Assembly (NCBI GenBank): GCA_040285825.1
Contig: JAUPSS010000007.1
Location: 1,466,624 to 1,530,623, forward strand
Source: Eukaryota sp. TZLM1-RC
Taxonomy: Eukaryota > Protista > Metamonada: BaSk clade
Direction: 5' to 3'
Length of the DNA: 64,000 nucleotides
The position numbers and the translations under genes are program-made. Of this stretch, positions 59,432 to 64,000 are shown in pieces; position 1 is the first letter of the stretch, and each line of letters opens with the position of its first letter. The notes under the pieces were generated by a model. It saw nothing but the letters and a program-made list of their open reading frames with translations, did no database searches and was not told where the DNA came from.

Positions 59432-62131
59432 ATGAGTCACATCCAAGAGCATCATAGCTTTTCTCGTGTTGACCATATTGATTCCCACTCCTCAACAGAG
59501 CGAAATGGCCAGGACTGTGCCAACCCTTCTATCGATTTTCTATCCGATTGCCCGGATACATGTCACAAAGGCAGAACCTCAAGGCCAAGTAGCTCTACCC
59601 GAACCAATGCTGATCATCCAAGCAGCATCGGGTTCACTTCAAATGATCCAGAATTACCATCTACTCATTATGTTTTCAGGAATCGTGACTCATCTCCACG
59701 CTTGCCATGTAGTACTGGTCCTACTGTTGCATGTTCTCAAACTGACTTTGAACCAGATTCAATTGCTTATGGTGACAGTCTCCCGCAGTGTTCCCATTCA
59801 CACATTATGCGGAATCATTCAGATGAGAACAACCAAGAAACATCACCATTTCCCGATCGATCGGAAAGAATGGTTTGGATTAAATTGATTTCTAATGCAT
59901 ATCGCCATACTCTTTTTCTTACATATTCTGGTGACGTTTATGGTTGGGGATGTAATCATAAAGGTCAAGTTCTTCATAATGGACCCCAAATAATCAAATC
60001 ACCACTTAAACTGCCAATAAACGATGTTTCATTTATTTCAACTGGTGTTGGTTACTCACTTGCCCTCTCTTCTGAAAGAAAGCTGTACGGATGGGGTGAT
60101 AATTATGAAAACCAAGTAACTGATTCTAGCTTCTATTCACTTCCAATTTCCCTAATCGATATTCCTTACAACATTAAGGAAGTTTATGGTGGTGAGGATT
60201 GTTCATTTGCTTTGACTACTGAAGGAAACGTTGTTAAATGGGGTAATCGAAAATCTTTTGAATTGGTTGAAGGCCTCACCAATGTTGTTTCAATATCTGT
60301 TAGTCGCCATTCATTTGTAGCACTTGATACAAATGGGGAATTATTTCACGTGAGTTCCACCAAACGCTCCAAGGTATCCGTTTTTCCTAAGCAATCAATT
60401 TTTAGTTCTTTCCACTATAACGTTGAATGTCTACTTGTTGTTGATTCAAATGGTGATGTTTGGGAGTTTGATCAGATTAATGTTGATTACTTGAGCGACA
60501 AACCTACTAAAATCCCAGGTTTAAACAATATTGTTTCTATAAGTGGTTCCAATGGTGTTTTTGCTGCCATTGACTTTTATGGTAAAGTTTTCGTGTGGGG
60601 TAGGTTAAGTAGATTAGGATATTGTTATGAAAATAGTGAGGAACCAAGGCAGGTTGAAGCCTTCACTGATATAGAAGGTATCTCAGTAGGTCATGATTTT
60701 CTTTTTGCTTTTAACAAAAGTACTGTTTGGGCTTGGGGCAAGAATGATTTTGGTCAATTAGGCATCGGTGATTTGGTAGATCGACCTACAGCGGTCCCAG
60801 CATTTTGGGCTGAAGTTCATGGCAGTTTTGAATTTCCAAAACAACCTTTGGATAGAATGTTTAGTGGTCTAATCAAATTAATTTACTTTGAATATTTAGA
60901 TCATCTGAAAAGAGTCTTTGGTAACCATCCTTATACAAAAGCCAGATTCCTCATCAAAAGTCCAATTAGCAAAAAAGTCGCAAAGTTTGCCAAAGAGGTG
61001 ATTAATGGTTTTGAATTTTTAAAAGATCCCCAAGAATTAATTTTAAATGAAAATATTTGTGATTTACAATTGTGGTTTTCTACTTATTACAGTGGTCCCA
61101 AAGTAATCAACACTAGAATTCAAAAACTTGATGTTTACTATAACTGGGTGAATTACGCTCCACAATTATTGTCATTTTTCCCACATTTAGGGGTTCTTAA
61201 GCTTAGTCGACGTTGCAGTTTTGCCGGTAGCTCTTTGAATTTGGCACATTTGTCCAACCTTAAATGTCTAGAACTTGATTATCCATTTGTGATAAAAGGA
61301 CTGCCCACTACACTAGTTAAGTTAATGCTTAAACATCATGACATTGAGTTTACTGATTTAAGCTACCTTACATCATTACAAGATTTGGTGGTGTTGGCAA
61401 GGCCAATTTCTGAAAGGGTCACCAAGGCAGAGTTTTCTCTACCTCGATCCATTATTTGCCTAGAAATATCTTCTTTGATTTTTGTCAATGTTGAATTACG
61501 ATTACCAAAATTGAAGGAATTGAAAATTCGTGACAGTGTTCCTACCAACATTACTGAACAAAACTATCCTTCTTTAAAATTCGTTCAATTGATAACTCCT
61601 AAGATACGATGTCTTCCAGATTCTTCATTATTTCCAACAAAACCTATTAGTCAAGGTTTTTTGAAATCAGTTAAACTAATCAAGAATGATTATTTAGTTG
61701 AATTATCTTGTTTTCCCTGGTGGATTCAGTATCCAACTACAGTGTTTGAAGCTTACAACCGAGAAGTCATGTTACACATAGCGGTTTGCTTTGACCACGG
61801 CCGTGGAGTTGATAAAGACCCTCAACAAGCCTTATACTGGTATCATGCAGCTGCTGATGGTGGTAATGCTTGTGCCATGAACAAGTTGGGTTTGTTATAT
61901 TATAGTGGAAAAGGTGTTGAACAAGACTATTTTAAGGCTGTTTCTTATTTTGAAAAATCAGCCGAATTATGGAATCGTGATGGAATGTTCAACATGGCTG
62001 AATGCTGTGAATTAGGTAGAGGTACAACTAAAGACCTTCACCAAGCTATGAAGTGGTATCAGGAGGCCATGGATTATGGCCATCCAGTAGCTAGTGAAAT
62101 TTTAGAACGTTGCAGAGGAAGGTTGATCTAG
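59432..62131 (+). CDS. RCC1-repeat plus LRR-like plus SEL1-repeat protein
   Basis: GDVYGWGCN, VWAWGKNDFGQLG; LxxLxL repeats; C-terminal GRGVDKDPQQALYWY, GKGVEQDYFKAVSYF, GRGTTKDLHQAMKWY; first ATG at 59432. Confidence 0.88.
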   Translation: MSHIQEHHSFSRVDHIDSHSSTERNGQDCANPSIDFLSDCPDTCHKGRTSRPSSSTRTNADHPSSIGFTSNDPELPSTHYVFRNRDSSPRLPCSTGPTVACSQTDFEPDSIAYGDSLPQCSHSHIMRNHSDENNQETSPFPDRSERMVWIKLISNAYRHTLFLTYSGDVYGWGCNHKGQVLHNGPQIIKSPLKLPINDVSFISTGVGYSLALSSERKLYGWGDNYENQVTDSSFYSLPISLIDIPYNIKEVYGGEDCSFALTTEGNVVKWGNRKSFELVEGLTNVVSISVSRHSFVALDTNGELFHVSSTKRSKVSVFPKQSIFSSFHYNVECLLVVDSNGDVWEFDQINVDYLSDKPTKIPGLNNIVSISGSNGVFAAIDFYGKVFVWGRLSRLGYCYENSEEPRQVEAFTDIEGISVGHDFLFAFNKSTVWAWGKNDFGQLGIGDLVDRPTAVPAFWAEVHGSFEFPKQPLDRMFSGLIKLIYFEYLDHLKRVFGNHPYTKARFLIKSPISKKVAKFAKEVINGFEFLKDPQELILNENICDLQLWFSTYYSGPKVINTRIQKLDVYYNWVNYAPQLLSFFPHLGVLKLSRRCSFAGSSLNLAHLSNLKCLELDYPFVIKGLPTTLVKLMLKHHDIEFTDLSYLTSLQDLVVLARPISERVTKAEFSLPRSIICLEISSLIFVNVELRLPKLKELKIRDSVPTNITEQNYPSLKFVQLITPKIRCLPDSSLFPTKPISQGFLKSVKLIKNDYLVELSCFPWWIQYPTTVFEAYNREVMLHIAVCFDHGRGVDKDPQQALYWYHAAADGGNACAMNKLGLLYYSGKGVEQDYFKAVSYFEKSAELWNRDGMFNMAECCELGRGTTKDLHQAMKWYQEAMDYGHPVASEILERCRGRLI

Positions 62132-62549
62132 TAGTTTTGTCCTTGAATTGTTCAATTCACTCAATCTTCAAGTTTTGAATTATGTGCAAGTTACGTTTTT
62201 CCAACTTCATTTCTGAAAATCATTTTGATTTAAAGTCAGATTTGAACATCACAAAGGGAAATAAATAATGAAATTTTCATTCCAGTAGGAATAAAAATCA
62301 TGTTCAGTAGTTTAAATTGCAACATTCACAATACAATTATTTTGGTTAAATATATAATCTTGAAAATACCTTGCATTAAGTTCCATTTAGAATTTAGTGG
62401 ATCTGCTTCATTTGTTTCAGTGCATTACACTGAGGCTGTCAATTGGAGCAAATCGCATTCGTGACCATATCAAAAAGATATCATCTTCATTTTGTTGTTG
62501 AACCACTTTTTTTTCTGTTAATTTTATTTATTGAACCAACTCACTTGAC

Positions 62550-63180
62550 AAAATAAACTCATAACAAATGGGACAAAATTCATTAAACCAAAATTTCCTC
62601 TACAGAATCTTGATCTACTTGCAGTCTCGCTAAGTCTTCTCTTATTCGATTAAAAAACCGAGGTAATCTATTAATAATGGCAAATTGAATCCGTGAACGC
62701 CATAAAAAATATCAAATCTTTTCATTGTTTTTTCTTGAACCATTTTTTGGAAGCCATTCAAAAAAGTTTCTGCTTCATCTGATAATCATCCATTTATCGA
62801 AAATGGGAAAGCAATAAAAACCAGCTGTGTATTTCTATAAGCCTCTTCACTTTTTTGGAAATCATTCAACAAATTTTTATATTTCTGCTGATGAACCTCC
62901 GTTTATACAGATTTTAAAAGCAGTAAAATAAGTGGTGTGTTACCATCAGCATCACTTACTTCGATCCTTTGTTATATTTTCTATGTTTTGCATTAGCTTT
63001 ATATACAAAACCCTTTACATAATCATGTGTCCAGTTTAAGTGTCAATCCAATCACAGTAAATATTTGCTCAATCCTCAGAACCGAATTATTCAATGACAG
63101 CGTTCTGTAATCAAAGATAAAAAACTTCATATTTTTCCATTTCATGCCACATTAAAACAGTGTCACTGACAACAGCATGT
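62550..63180 (-). mobile_element. Family B 3' fragment plus an older family B-like relic
   Basis: Reverse complement of the AFPFSINGxLS...EEILV tail at 62550-62835; a more diverged homolog at 62840-63180. Confidence 0.75.
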
Positions 63181-63309
63181 TATGAAGAACCAGAACCGAG
63201 CTGACAGGAAGGAATGTAATTGGAAAAGGGACTCGATGAGTGACATTCACATTACTGTGTCTACAAATAGCAAATGTGTGTTCAGGAAGAAGTGACATTG
63301 TAGTGATTC

Positions 63310-64000
63310 AGGAATGTTGAAAAATCACTTATTTTCTTCAGCAAATTTGGGTGGTATTGTATTTACCAAATCTTCAATTTTGTGTCAATCAGCATTTTTG
63401 GGTGTATGCAAGAATTTTATTTATGAATTTTCTCATATATTTCCTGAAGATTCTCATTTGTTTGTTCCCAGTGACAGTCCATATTTGAATGAGTTATCGT
63501 GTGAACTTGATAGATTGCCACCACAAATTTGGACCAAATGTTTTCCCCAATCAATTCAAGAAATTCCAAACCGATCTCTTTTTAATTAACAGTTTTGTTG
63601 TAAAAAGCTTCAACAAAAATTGTCAAAGATTTTTGAAAGCTTGGATTTTGATGTTAGACTTGGCTTGGCCAAGAAAAAGAATCCCGCTTTTGCAAATCTT
63701 TTACAAGATATGTGTGACAGTACTTCTTCTGCCTTAGTAACAACAATTCCTCAAGTTTATGGTACTCTCTTAACTGATTCTGTTTGGACTCTGAATATGA
63801 GATTTCGTTCCTTTATCTGGCCTGATAATTTACCTCATAATTCAAATTGTAAATGTTCTCGAAAAATGAAAATCACTCATTTGTTAAATTGTAAACATTT
63901 TATTACTTTTAGAAGCAAGGTTCATGATGCTGTGAGAGACCAATTATATTGTATGTGTAAGTCTCATAGAATTGAATCCTTTTTGGAACCTCTGTTGTCA
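63310..64000 (+). mobile_element. 5'-truncated family A non-LTR retrotransposon running off the window edge
   Basis: Near identical to 30503-31195, with one in-frame stop. Confidence 0.93.

Overview
AT-rich eukaryotic microbial (protist-like) genomic DNA using the standard genetic code, with very short (about 30-42 nt) GT-AG introns. Host genes: a RING-LRR protein, an Sfi1-like protein, a dynamin-related GTPase, an eIF2-alpha-type kinase, actin capping protein alpha, a La-related protein, tRNA-Asp(GTC), a secreted LRR protein, palmitoyl-protein thioesterase, a roadblock dynein light chain (absent from the ORF track because of two introns), a FIST-adenylyl cyclase fusion and two RCC1-LRR paralogues (one with SEL1 repeats). 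These sit among many mobile elements: at least three families of CRE-like RT-REL non-LTR retrotransposons (one near full length, many 5'-truncated), a Ty3/gypsy relic, and an 11 kb five-copy tandem array of a LINE tail plus a degenerate hAT transposase. The most notable content is two divergent Fanzor1 (eukaryotic TnpB/Cas12-related RuvC nuclease) loci on the minus strand, at 11200-12900 and 49523-51924. Each is followed directly by a structured non-coding segment that is a candidate omega-RNA. The first has UUCG and GAAA tetraloop hairpins and ends about 110 bp upstream of the dynamin start codon; the second abuts the 3' end of the hAT transposase. Many frameshifts fall in homopolymer runs, so some apparent pseudogenes may be long-read assembly errors. 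All calls come from reading motifs by eye; no searches or folding programs were run.
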